A stretch of 55,408 nt of DNA, filler included, from Jimgerdemannia flammicorona (Eukaryota): the NCBI GenBank assembly GCA_003990765.1. It is 2 parts of 2 records of this genome, joined end to end, with 100 filler letters (N's around TTAATTAATTAA, not from the genome) between each part and the next. Parts side by side here need not be neighbours in the genome. Positions count along the whole stretch, not along the records: positions 1 to 27,658 come from RBNJ01000614.1; 1 more part is not named here. One strand, written 5' to 3'. The translations under genes and the position numbers were made by a program. The notes beneath the pieces were generated by a model, which ran no database searches, was not told the origin of the DNA, and was given only the letters and a program-made list of their open reading frames with translations. Positions 12,520 to 24,900 of this stretch are shown here, one piece after another (position 1 is the first letter of the stretch; each line of letters begins with the position of its first letter).

Positions 12520-13562
12520 ACAGTGAAGCCTTCCACCAACATTGGAGAAGAATTGCCACCTCAGCAATGGCAACAACTAGTTGAACTCCTCAACAAATAT
12601 CAAGATATCTTCACTACAGTCCATGGCAACCTGCCATACAATCCATCATATCACCGCAGCATAAATACAGGAAATGCAACACCCAACTGGCAGAAACCCT
12701 ATAGAATACCCCATCACTTAAAGATATTCAAAAAGGAGCACATTCAAGAACTCTTAGACAATGGAGTCATCCGACCCTCAACTAGCCCCTGGGCCAGTCC
12801 TATACTTATTGTACCATAAAAAGGAGGATGGAGACTATGCATAGATTACAAGAAACTCAATTCAGTTACCAAAAAGGATACCTATCCTTTGCCCAGAATT
12901 GATGACCTCTTGGACCAGTTGCAAGATACCAGATACTTCAGCAGTATTGACCTTTTCATAGGATTCTATTAGATCCCTATAGACTCAAAAGACATTCAGA
13001 AGACAGTCTTTCTTGCCCTAGGAAAACTGTTTGAATATCTCTGAATGCTCTTTGGACTTTGCAATATACCCCCCACCTTTCAGAGGTGATGAATTCAGTC
13101 TATGCCCCCCTGATCTACTCCTACCTGATTATATATATAGACAATTTAAGAATACTTCAGGCTCATCTGCCAGAACCACCTGAGACTCAATGCTAAGAAA
13201 TATTACTTTGGGAAATAGAAACTTGAATTCCTTAGATTTATAGTTTTGAAAGAAGGAACTCATGCAGACCCAAAGAAAACTGAGAAGATCAAAAACTGGC
13301 CAGAACCCAAGACCCCAAAGGAAACACTATCCTTCCTAATACTAGTATCCTACTACAGAAGGTTCATCAAGGACTTTGCCCAAATCACAGCCCCAATCTG
13401 AGTCTTTCTCAAGAAAGGAGTGCCTTATAAATAGATGGAATCACAAGAAAGAGCCTTCAAAGAACTCAAGAACTATATGACCACAGTACCAATTCTTATG
13501 CACCCCCATCTATAGAAGCTATTCATCTTATATACAGATGCTTCTAAAGATGGCCTTGGAGC
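12520..13562 (+). pseudogene. pol: Reverse transcriptase and start of RNase H of the Gypsy element
   Basis: [66 protein letters not shown] and FILYTDASKDGLGA. Confidence 0.95.
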
Positions 13563-16500
13563 GCTGAAGGGATTGGAGGCTGATCTCTTCCTCTTGCAGA
13601 ATGTCAGGTATGAGGATGATTCTGATAGGATGAAATGGATGAAGGAATGGGGAGGTGTGGCGATTTGGAAAGGCAAGGTTGGGATTCTGGTTAGGAAAGG
13701 CAGAGGAGAGATAAGGAATATGAGGAGCTGGGGGGAGAGACTGGTCTGGGGTGAGTGAATTCATGCAGGCTGGGGGCCTGTAACAGTTGGCTCCTGTTAC
13801 TGCCCTGTAGTACAGGGTGAGTATGTAGATTGGGTGAAGGGTCTCCAGGAGAGTGGGATCCTTGCAGAGGCTGGGGTGGATATGCTTGGAGGAGATTTCA
13901 AAATGGTTCGGGATATACTGATGGATAGAACAGATGGAGGATGGGGTGCTGAGAGCAGGAGTGGAGGGCTGGCAGAGTGGGAGGAAGTAGAAAGACTAAG
14001 TGTGCTGGTAGATGCTGGTAGGGAGTGCTGGGGGGATAGGAGGGTTTATATGCATTGGACAGGGGGCCTGGGGACAAGAATTGACTGGATTCTGATGGCC
14101 AGTTACTGGGGCCTAGATGTTTGGAAGTCGCTAGAGGTGGAATGGTGTCCATGGTCGGATCACTGGGGGCTTTGGGACAGGGGCACTTTGGGGGGAGTGG
14201 GGATGGGCCTGGACATTGGTGCCTAAATTCCTCTTTGTTAGATGATAAGACCCAGTGGGATGAGTGGGCTAAGGACATTCAACTGAGGGTGGAGAACTGG
14301 CAGCAGGAAGGTGCCTCAGTTGGTATTCGGTGGATGAGGATGAAAGAGATGGCCAAGATCTACTGGAGTGAGGCCAGCAAGGAGACAGGGAAGCAGAGAA
14401 GGTGAAGAGTGCATTGGGCTTCTACTAGATTGGCTAGGCTCCTAGAGGAGTGGGTGAGGCTGGTGATGTTGGAGGGGGAAGAAGATTGGAGATTAATGAG
14501 GGCAAAGATGGAGGTTGGAGAACTACAACAAGTGCTGTGAGAAGAGGAAGAAGCAAGGGTACAAAGCTTGGTAGCATGGCTTCATTGACAGGATCTGGAG
14601 GAAGGGGAGAGGCCTTCTGAGTTTCTTATGAGGGCCCTTTGGGCAAGAAGGGTACAGCAATGGTGAGAAGGAGTACTTGACTCTGATGGTGTACTAGTGC
14701 ATAGTGTACAGGACATTCTTGGATCGTTGAAGGAGTGATGGAGTGGATTGTGGAGTGAGGAGGAGGGTGAGGTGGATGCTGCTGCCATTGACTGAACATT
14801 GGAGGATTGGTACCCACCATAAGTAGAGGGGCTAGGTGACTTGGTGATGTCTGTACAGGAAGATGAGATCCACCAGGTTCTTGCTGCAACAACACCAGAT
14901 ACAGAACCTGGGGAGGATGGTCTGCCCTGGGACTTCTGGAAGTGAATGGTGGGAGACCCAGGAGTGATGAGAGAGGGCATTGTGTGATTTTATCCTACAG
15001 ACAGGGAGATGGGTGGGGGAGCAGGATCTTGGGCTGGTGATGCTGCTGTATAAGAATAAAGGAAGGTGAGAGGATTGGAAGAACTGACAGCCAATAATGT
15101 TGCTAGATATGGACAGAAAGTTGGTGACTATAGTGGTGGTTGCAAGGCTACAGAAGGTGGCCCAGCAAGTTGTAGATGTTGAGCAGAGGGGATTTGTGGG
15201 AGGTTGGCTCATTAGGGATGGCACAGCCTGAGTACATGGAGTTATTGAAGGGGCAAGGGCCTGTGGACTGGATGGGCAATTTATCTTCTTGGACCAGAAG
15301 AAGGCTTACAACTGGGTGTGATGAGTTTGGCTGGCAAAAGTATTGGATAGAACTGGGGTTCTGCACTAATTCTGGTCAGCAATGGTCAGCCTACTGGAAG
15401 GAAGTAGGGCTGCACTCATGTGTAATGGACATAGTGGGATAGTATTCCCCCTGGATAGAGGGGTGCCCCAGGGAGACCCACTGTCCCCCATTCTGTATGC
15501 TCTTTCCCTGGAACCCCTAATGGACAGAATTAGGCAGAGGATAATGGGGCTCCCTGTTTTCGAAATTGGGTGGAAAGTTGGGACCTTTGTAGATGACATG
15601 GTGGTTGGCTTGGGATCAATTGCTGATGTTGAGAAGCTCAAGAAGACAGTGGAGTGGTATGAGGAGAACTCTGGGGCTAAGCTTAATTGGCACAAGTGTG
15701 AAACAATGGTGCTAGATAATAGCCTGGTGGGAGGAGAGGTTATAGGAACAATCATCCCCACTGGTGAGGCAGTGTGGTACTTGGGCATCTATTTGTCAGT
15801 CTATGGGTCAGTTCTTCCCAGGCTTTGGTGGAAGCAGAGGATTGGAATCTGGGAGGAGGCCCTGCAGGATTGGGGGGAAAGATACTTTTCTCTGGCAGGG
15901 CATGTCTTGATTTTGAATATCTATTGGCTGCTGAAGTTATGGTATCTGGCTTATCATCTGGACTTCCTAGCTTGGGTGGTGAAAAGATTGATGAAGCTGG
16001 CTAAGGGATGGATCTGGGCTGGCAGAAGGAGTCAGATTGGTTGGGAGACCTTGTCCTTACTGGTGGCAAGAGGTGGCCTTGGGTTGGTTGACTTTCCAAA
16101 ATGGCTACACTGCTTGAGAGCATGGTGGCTAAAGAGAGCAGTGGAGTTGAGAGGAGGTGGTTGGGTTTCCCTACTGCAGAAGGTCTGGGAGAGGCAGTCA
16201 TCACCAAGAGGCTTGACTGGCAATCTCCTTTCATTGGTTAGACTTCAGAATACTGAACAATTGTGATATAAAGGATTCTGGTGGGAGAAAGCAGAGGGGG
16301 TGCACCACATTGGAATTTGTTGGCAGGAGAATAAAGGGGAGGTGGCTTGGGACCTGGTGATGTAGAGGTGGGATCATATACTGCTGGGTGGCATTCCTTT
16401 AATTGAGTTCAACATTAGTGATGGAATGGAATGCCAAAGGGGACCAGGCCAGGATCTGTGGCCTAGCAGTTGACAAGGAGTTGGAATTGGAGAAGAGTGG

Positions 16501-17192
16501 AACTGGTATAGTGTTTGGACCCGGAGTACCACAGTGAGAAAGTGGATGCTGCTGAAGTACTGAGTGGTCTGGTGGTGCATGCTGAGGAGGAATGTAATGC
16601 TCAACTTCCACTCGGGTCAGCTTATCATAGGGGGTTGCTTCGACTGTGAGGAGTGCCATAATGTAGAGCAGGAAGAGAGTTATGTACAGATGCCAGAATA
16701 TTGGCTAGGAGAGTGTGAGGTGATGGGGGACTTTTAGTGGGCCATTGGGGATCACTTGGGGGTAAGGAGTAGGGGAGATGAAGTACAGGGGTGGTGGGAG
16801 AACTTGAGGGATTGATTGGTAGGGGGGGTAGATAAGAAGTGGCTTACCTTAGGCTGGGCTTTGGCCATTTGGGTGGGGCTGGCCAGTCACTGGCTATTTG
16901 TTTTTAAGGATGGAAGGAGACAGGGCTTGGGAGACCAGTTGTTGTGGTGGTATAGTCTTATGGAAGACACCTTGACAGGCTGGTGGCTTGGTTGGGGGCT
17001 GCAGGGTGATCAGAGGCACCACTTAGTGAAGAAAATCTGTGGACAGAGTGGGGGAAGAGTTGGAGTAGTGGGTGAGAGAGTGATCTTCATTTGTGAGAAG
17101 GTGTAGAGGGGCTCCCCTATGGGGATTGGGTAGTGGGTGGTGATACTGTATACTTATTCATAGACTGGTAATAAAGATGGAGTCCAAGTAAC

Positions 17193-17220
<28 letters not shown>
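13563..17220 (+). mobile_element. 5'-truncated L1/Tx1-like LINE (EN-RT-Cys domain, 3'UTR, poly(A)) inserted in Gypsy RNase H
   Basis: 17-bp TSD AAAGATGGCCTTGGAGC (13546-13562 and 17221-17237), AATAAA at 17170-17175 and poly(A) from 17196. Motifs: GGDFKMV, RIDWIL, WSDH, GPGHWCLNSSLL, GVPQGDPLSPILY, FVDD, YLGI. Confidence 0.95.
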
Positions 17221-17223
<3 letters not shown>

Positions 17224-17237
17224 GATGGCCTTGGAGC

Positions 17238-18600
17238 ATCTCTAGCCCAAGAAGGACCTGACCAACAGTACTATATGGTAGTTTATAATAACTGACCATA
17301 CAGCCCTCAAATGGCTATTCAACCACAAAGAACCTACTGGAATCCTAGTCTACTGGACCCTTATCCTCCAGGATTACAAAATCACTATTATTCAAAAAGC
17401 AGGGAAAGCTCATGATAATGTTGATGTACTTTCCTGCCAACTCCAATATACTGGAAGAAGGGTGTCCTGAGGAACTATACCCTAAAGGAAGCTCCTCAGA
17501 TCATTAAGGCATAAGAAGACCTCATCTGGAAAGAACATCAGAAAGCCCATCAAGAATAGGTGAACATAGAAGAAAAGTTATAAACAACATACCAACTTTG
17601 GCCCAATCTCAGAACATAAGTCTGAGATATACTCAAGAAGTAAGATGTCTGTCAGAAGTACTAAGGAAGGAAGAACTACCAAGTATAACTACATCAAATT
17701 GTCCCATCAGACAACATTTTCCAGAAATGGAGAGTAGATGTAATTGGACCTTTACCTGTTATACTAAGAAGAAACAAGTACATTCTTATATTTGTAGAAA
17801 ATCTGACTAAGTGGCCTGAGGCTTTCTCAATGGAAATTGCAGATACCTTAATCATTGTAGGCCTTCTCCATAGACTCACTCTCAGATATGGACCTCCAGA
17901 AGAACTCATCTCTGATGGAGGTAGAGAATTCATCAACAACATAATCACAAGTTATATCTAAATTCACAAGATCCACCTCAAACAGACCTCATCATATTAC
18001 CCCCAGACCAATGGAATGACAGAAAGAATGAATCAGACCATCAAGAAAGAACTTGCCCCAGTCAATTCTACCAACTGAGAACTCTGCTTACCTGAGATCC
18101 TATGGGAAATTCAGAACACCCCTGCTGCCCCCACCAAACAAAAGCCATTCAAAATAGTGTTTGCCAAGAGAACTAGAACTGCTGATCATGAAAATCTAGA
18201 GAACCTTCCCAAGAAGGCAGAACAGTTATATAATCAGGCTTGAGTTCAGATTTTTAAAGCCCAAGAAAGACAAAAGTACTATGACCAGAAGCAGAAGGAT
18301 CAGGATATCAAGATTGGAGATCAAGTACTAGTTTGGAGAAGTATGATTGAAACGAATTCTGCTGCCAAACTGGAGCCCAAATGGGAAGGATCTTATCTTG
18401 TACACAACATCAGAGAAACCAACATCTATTTAAGAAGCATAGATGGATGGACCCTCAGGACACCAGTATACATCAATCGCCTCAAGATATATCTCTCCCA
18501 TCATAAACCAGACAATTGACCAGCACCTCTAAACTCTTATTTTGAGTTCATTCCAATCACTCCCAGTTCCCCTTCCACAATTCCAACAAGCCAATAGAAA
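17238..18600 (+). pseudogene. pol: RNase H C-terminus and integrase (HHCC, DDE, GPY/F) of the Gypsy element
   Basis: GKAHDNVDVLS, VDVIGPLP, PEELISDGGREF, YPQTNGMTERMNQTIK and KLEPKWEGSY; no chromodomain visible. Confidence 0.92.
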
Positions 18601-19027
18601 CCCCCTTCAGTGAATTCAGACCTATCAAGAGAACCTCACCTTGGCCAGATGTTTACTCTAAGTCCACCAGCTATAGGCCTACTATGCAATTGAAGAACAG
18701 TTGCAGAACCCACCAGCAGCAGACCTGACCTACATCAGAAACTCTACTGGCCTCACCTGGAAAAATATCACTGCTGCAGACAGATTATATATAATCTACA
18801 AATAAAATGTCACAGTACTGATATAGGCACAATTCCTCCTGAATGACATCCAAAACATGAATCCTGCCACCTACTAGAGCATTATCAACCATGTTGAGAT
18901 CCTGTTTCCAGAGGAAGAGGAAAAATCTGTCAAATGGAGTAACTCCGATCCAAATGAAGATACTGGTTCAGGTATTGATGCTGAAGATGCTTATGCATAT
19001 TGAAATGATGACTAAAGGATTGTCTGA
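18503..19027 (+). pseudogene. Extra ~174-codon ORF (ORF3) between integrase and 3' LTR, unknown function
   Basis: One frame without net frameshift; its stops are mostly explicable as CAA/CAG/CGA/TGG transitions. The start ATA-AAC-CAG corresponds to ATG-AAT-CAA at 21633 in the older copy. A homologue lies at ~31806-32329(-). Confidence 0.7.
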
Positions 19028-19055
19028 AGACAAACCATCCTTTAGTAGGAGCTGA

Positions 19056-20269
19056 TGTGATGAGCAATAGAATTGTACCACCAAATTCATAAATTAGCCA
19101 TATATCATATCTAGTACACTAAGTAACCATGACTGCTTTACTGTGCCAACTTGCATATTTAGCCAGAGATACCAGAAATAGTATGTTTTCTTGTACCCTC
19201 TAGGTACACTGTACCCTCAAGATACACTGTACCCTCAAGGTATACTCTACTCTCTAGGAATAATTACCATAGATAGCAATCTATAGTTAGCAACATACTA
19301 ACCAGTAGCAACCACAACTGTATAAAATACCCCAGAGACAAGAGTGAATAAACCTCAGTCTGAATTGAATCCAATACAAAAGTCAAGTCTGCCTACCACA
19401 CTTCAAGAGAAACTCTATAGCCACTGCTAGGAGATTGTGAGCAAAGCATTCCTTTCCACTCTGGTCCACTTTTCAATATAAAGAAGAGTTTGTTACATTT
19501 TTGGTTTGCTTGCCAGATAAGCCTGAAGAATCTGAGTTTATCACCAAGTTCAAAGAAGAACTTCACCACTATTTGAGTAATCTGCTGCTTAAAGAATAAG
19601 CTGTCATTTCCAAGTTATTTACACTCTCAGAAAGCTCACTATCCTTACTACAAAGCCTGTCTGTTGATACAACTTTACAGTAGAGCTAGTCTAATGATAC
19701 AACTCCATATAAATGAAGCCCATCTAGATGCAACTTTGCTCAAAAAAGTCTGCAACATCCAAGTTACCTGAGATATCTGAATTATCCACAATATCTGAGT
19801 TACTCGAGTTATCTGAATTATCTATAACATCTGAGTAATCCATGCCATCCAAGTTATTTATCCATTTCTAGTGAGAAGAATCCACCACCAGTATAATTCC
19901 CAGTGAGCCAATTCAGAAGAATCCAGGCCAAATTGAGTTTTCTGCCAAATTGTCAGAACATCAAGCATAAGGAATCCACTGCACTATACAGAGACCATCA
20001 TGCTATGCAAGAGATCATCACATGGAAATCATATAAGGAAAACTGCTAAATTGCCAGACTGTTACCAATATACAAATCTCTGCTATATCCAGAAGAACCA
20101 TCCCAATAAGGAAATCAACACATAAATCACTTGTAGATACCCAGCTTTGACTATTATACCACTAAAACCAAGTATATTTTGTTGCTTTTAACAAAGTAAC
20201 TGGGGGCTTAAGCCAAACTACATGAACTCCCAACCTTGTAATTTGCTCTATTGAGCCAAGCACATTACA
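19056..20269 (+). repeat. 3' LTR (1214 bp)
   Basis: TGTGATGAGC...CACATTACA, preceded by a weak purine tract (TTAGTAGGAG) and followed by TSD ATAG. Confidence 0.95.
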
Positions 20270-20273
20270 ATAG

Positions 20274-21655
20274 ATACTTTGAAAGATAGCCTTGGAGCAG
20301 TTCTGATTTAGAAAGGACCTGACCAACAATATCATATGATAGATTATGCAAGCCAAGCTAATAATCAGCAGCAGATCAACTATGGTAGTACTAAATTAAA
20401 ATACCTTGTAGTCATTTGGATAGTTACCCTATTTAAACATTATCTTATTGGAAAAAGCTTCACCCTGATAACTGACTCTACTGCCCTCAAATGACTATTC
20501 AACTATAAGAAAATGACTAGAATCCTGGCCTACTAGATTCTTATCCTTTAAGATTACAAAATCACTATTATTCACAATATAGAAAAAGCTCACAATAATG
20601 TTAATATACTTTCTCACCAACTCTAATGAACCAGAAAAGGGGTGTACTGAGGAACTACACCCTAAAGAAAGCTCTTCTGATTAGCAAGGCACAAGAAGAT
20701 CTCATCCAAAAAGAATACCAGAAAGCCCACCAAGGAAGGTAAATATAGAAGAAAAACTGCAAATAATATACCAACATTGGCCCAATCTCAGAACTCAAGT
20801 CTGAGACATACTTAAGAAACATGATATCTGCCAGAAGTACTAAGAAAATAAGAATTATTAAACACCATTACAACCAATTGTACCACTAGACAACATCTTC
20901 CAAAGATTGGGAGTTGACATTATTAGAACTCTATCAATTATATGAAGAAGAAACAAGTATATACTAGCATTTGAAGAACATCTGACCAAGTGGCCTGAAG
21001 TCTTTCCAATAGAAATCCAAGATTTCCTGACCATTATTGGCCTTCTCCATGAAGAACTCATCTCTAACTAAGGTACAGAATTCATTAACAATATAATCAC
21101 AAGTTATACTCAAATTCACAAGATTCATCTTAAGTGTACCACATCATATCACTCTCAGACCAATGATATAGAACAAATGAACCAGACCATTAAGAAAGAA
21201 CTTGCCTGTGTCAATCCTACCAACTGGGACCTTTGCTTACCTGAGATCCTATGGGAAATTTAGAACACTCCTGCTGTCTCTATCAAATGAAAGTCATTTG
21301 AGATAATGTTTGCCAAGAAAACCTGAACAGCTGACCATGAGAACCTCAGAGACCTCCTCAAGAAGGCAGAATAGTTATATAATCTGAGTTCAGATTATCA
21401 AGACTGAAGATAGACAAAAGAAGTACTATAATCAGAAGTGAGATTGGAGATCAAGTACTAGTTTGGAGAAAGGATAATTGAAAAACACTTTGCTGCTAAA
21501 CTAGAGCCCAAATGGAAGGATCTTATCTTGTACACTATATTAGAGGAACCAGCATCTATTAAGAAGTATGGATGGATAAACCCTAAGGATACCAGTATAC
21601 ATCTTGTCTTAAGAGATACCTCTCTCCACATAATGAATCAAGGATTTACCAGGAT
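20274..21655 (+). pseudogene. pol: Right half of the older Gypsy pol (RNase H + integrase), cut off by a LINE
   Basis: FKHYLIGKSFTLITD, LGVDIIR, SYHSQTN and KLEPKWKDL; continues in frame from 6860. Confidence 0.9.
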
Positions 21656-21659
21656 CAGA

Positions 21660-21933
21660 TCTCTCTCTGGTAACATTCAGGTTACACAACCTTTGGAAAG
21701 TACTTACAATATTATTTTTGGAGTAAAGAGACTAGCAACATGGCAACTGACAGAAAATCTGAAGTGCATACTGGGCAGAGTGGCTCAAGTGCATTTGACT
21801 GGCAGTATGTGGAGAGAGAAGGGGGAACATAAGGGGACTGCTGGCAAGAGGACACAGAAGGGGAGGGAGCAGTGGTAGAGGACTGGAGTCAGGGAGAGCA
21901 AGCTTTGTAGAGACAGTATAGGTGAGACAGCCA
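21660..21933 (+). mobile_element. Short LINE 5' fragment (first head type), interrupted by the next LINE
   Basis: TAACATTCAGGTTACACAACC head and ORF1 start ATGGCAACTGACAGAAAATCTGAAGTGCATACT, homologous to 187(-). Confidence 0.75.
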
Positions 21934-24900
21934 TACAATTCACATTACACAAACTTCAAGCAATAGTTTTCAACACAACTCAGAGAAAAGGTACTATAAA
22001 AATATCATCAAGCAAGAGTTCTGAAGGACATGCTGGGTCGGGTGGACCTGGGGCTTTCAGCTGGCAGCATGTGGGGAGAGGTTATGAATTGGGAATGGGG
22101 GCTTTTGGAGGGTCAAAGGGTGGCAAAGGCTCTAAAGGAGGACCAGTGTCAGGTGGATCTGGGGGAAGGCCTGGTCCCTCTAGCTTTGCCAACAAGATGA
22201 AGATGAGAGGATGGCCTGCTTGAACCAGGGCTGATACTGCTGAGGGAAAGAGCAAGGCTAGCATCAGGAGGGAGAGTGGCCCTCAGGTGGGAGATGTGAG
22301 CATAGGGGCTAAAGGGGCTGTGGCTGGGGGTGTGACTGTTGATGGGAGTGTGATGGAAAATCAGAAAAAAAAAAGAGATGTGACAGCTGATGGCCAGATG
22401 GGGCAGGGGTTCCCAATGCGGAAGTGGGACCTGGCGGATGGTGTAATGGGGCTGGTGGTGGCCCCATTGCTCAAGAAGTTGATCTCAGAGTTTGTAGCTA
22501 CCTTGTGCTTTCGGGACTTAGTGGTGATAGCGAGGATGGTCCTGGGGCTTATTTCGAAGCAGGTGGCTGGGGCAGCCTTGGTTAAGTTCCTGAAGGGTCT
22601 GGAGGGGGTTGAGGTGGGCTTTGAGGAGGCAGACCCACTGGACGAGGCCCAGAAGACTGGAGTAGTGGTGGGGGAAGTGGTCATCCCCATGGTGCAGTGC
22701 TTGAGGTGGGACCCCAGAGTGGTGTAGCTTCTGGTGAAGGGGGTGCCTATGGTGATAAGAGAGGAGACTAGGAGGAGGGTGGAGGAAGTGATGGTAGAGT
22801 ATGGTGATGTAGTTGACATTGGCTTCCAGATTTGGGAGGGGACCACCTTCAGGATGGGTGATATTGATGTCAAGATTCGGCTGGTAGGAAAGAGGCCACA
22901 GGGAAGATGAGTGACTGGCCCTCAGTGCTGATGTGGAGGGCTTTTGTCTGTAAGGTGTCAAGGGTGAAAGGGAGTGAAGAGAAGGAGGAGGACTTGTTGG
23001 AGGCTCTGGAGGAGTTGAGTGGTGCTGTGGAGAGGAGGGCAAAAACCTGGAAGCTATATGAAGAGTTAACACATCTGGAGGTTGTCGATGGGAAATGTAT
23101 CCATACTGACAGGAGGCAGTGGGAGTGGGCCCAGGGGCGCAAGAGGTAGAGGGAGCTTTTGGCTAGTATGAAAGGAGGGGTGAAGAAGAAGGTAGATAGG
23201 TCTAGAGGAGTCGAAGCCAGCATCTGGACTACCAAAGGAGGAGAGGAGGTGGAGGTGAATGAGAAAGGGGCTGGGAAGGTACTGGGCAAGAATCCCTATG
23301 CTGATGGTACATTCAAAGTTTTGGAGCAGGATTTGGATGACACCCCCCCCCCCACTTATCAGAAGGGGCCCAGTTGGGAAAAGAGGGACAGCGGAGGATG
23401 TGCTGATGCAGGGGGCTCAGCGATTTCACTTTGGGGCCCCAGATGTGGTGAAAGGGGGCCTGGTGGTGGCAGTTGGTGAGGACAAGCTGGTGGATGTCCC
23501 AGAGGAGGAGTGGGATGAGGCAGCCAGTGTGGGAGCAGATACCACAATGCTGGAGGCAGGGTGGCCAGGGACTCCTGGAGGGAAGGAGGTGGGGAACCTG
23601 CTGTGGATGAGTAAGGTGATAGATAACCTCATGGCTGAGGAGTTGGGAGAAGTTGACCTGCATGTAATGCCAGAGGAGCATTGGGCATAGATTCTGCATG
23701 GGGATGGAGTGGTGGAGGCACTGAAGGTGGAGATTCTGGCTATTTTCCTAGATGAGGAGGGATACGAGGTTGATAAGGTGAGAGAGGCAGAGCTGGCAGT
23801 GGTTGCTGTTGAGCGAGCTGCCTACTGTTGGGCAGAGCATCATGGTTTGCAACTCTGGCAAGAGGCATACCTGAAGTATCATGAGGACTTTGAGGAAAAA
23901 GAGGATGGGGTGATGGCTGAACTTCTGAAAGGGTTGGAGGCATGGACAGCTGAGGAGAAAGTGCTGGCTACAGAACATGACTTGGACTCGGTACAAGAGG
24001 AGTTGAATGTGGATTTGTAGAGGCTGTAGCTGATAAATTGACATTATTCCTAATGAACAGTACAACTGACATTTTCTCTCTGAATGTGAATATATTGTGG
24101 GGTTCTGGGTAATGCAAGAACATTTTTACTTGGCTTAAGAGATTGGAGGCTGATCACTTTTTACTGTAGGATGTATGGTGTGAGGATGAGATAGATCGTG
24201 GAATGGACTAGAGAATGGGGAGAAGCTACTGCTTGGAATGGCAAAGTAGCAATTCTGGTGAGGAAGGGTAGAGGGGACTTGAGTGGGATTCAGAGCTGGG
24301 GTGACTGTTTGGTCTGGGGAGAATGGTATTGATCTGGGTGGGAATCAGTGAGGGTTGGCTCCTGCTACTGCCCTGCAGTTAGGGGTGAGCAGATTGAGTG
24401 GATTAGGGATCTGTTAGAGGAGGGTGTCTTCTTGGAGGAAGGTGTCAATGTTCTAGGGGGTGACTTTAATATGGTGCAGGATCCACAGCTGGATTGAACT
24501 GATGGAGAGAGGAGTGCCATTGGAAGAAGTGGTGGACTGGATAAGTGAGAGGAGGTAGAGACCCTTAGCTCCTTAGGGAATATGGGCAGAACATGGTGGG
24601 GTGACAGGAGGATCTATACACACTGGGTAAATGGACTGGGTACAAGAATTGACTGGATTCTGATGGCTGAATGTTGGGGTGTTGATGTTTGGAGGACATT
24701 AGTGGTAGAGTGGTGCCCTTGGTCTGACCACTGAGGGCTATTGGGGCAGGGACAGTTTGGGGGGAGTGGAGATAGACCCAGACATTGGCACCTTAACTCC
24801 TCTCTGCTGGCCACACAGGGTTTGTGGGATCTATGGGTGGCAGATGTCCAAGTGAAGATACATCTGTGGGTGTCCAGTGGATGAGGCTAAAGGAGGCAGT

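Larger units (their letters stand above)
6861..20269 (+). mobile_element. Full-length degenerate Ty3/Gypsy LTR retrotransposon with dUTPase and an extra 3' ORF; carries a nested LINE
   Basis: Two TG...CA LTRs (6861-8030, 19056-20269) and a 4-bp TSD ATAG (6857-6860, 20270-20273). Domain order is PR-RT-RH-INT. Removing the element restores the in-frame host RNase H motif FILYIDTLKDSLGAVL. Confidence 0.95.

Noticed and set aside
18503..19027. ORF3 as an env gene
   Set aside because: Too short, with no signal peptide, TM helix or evident cleavage site.
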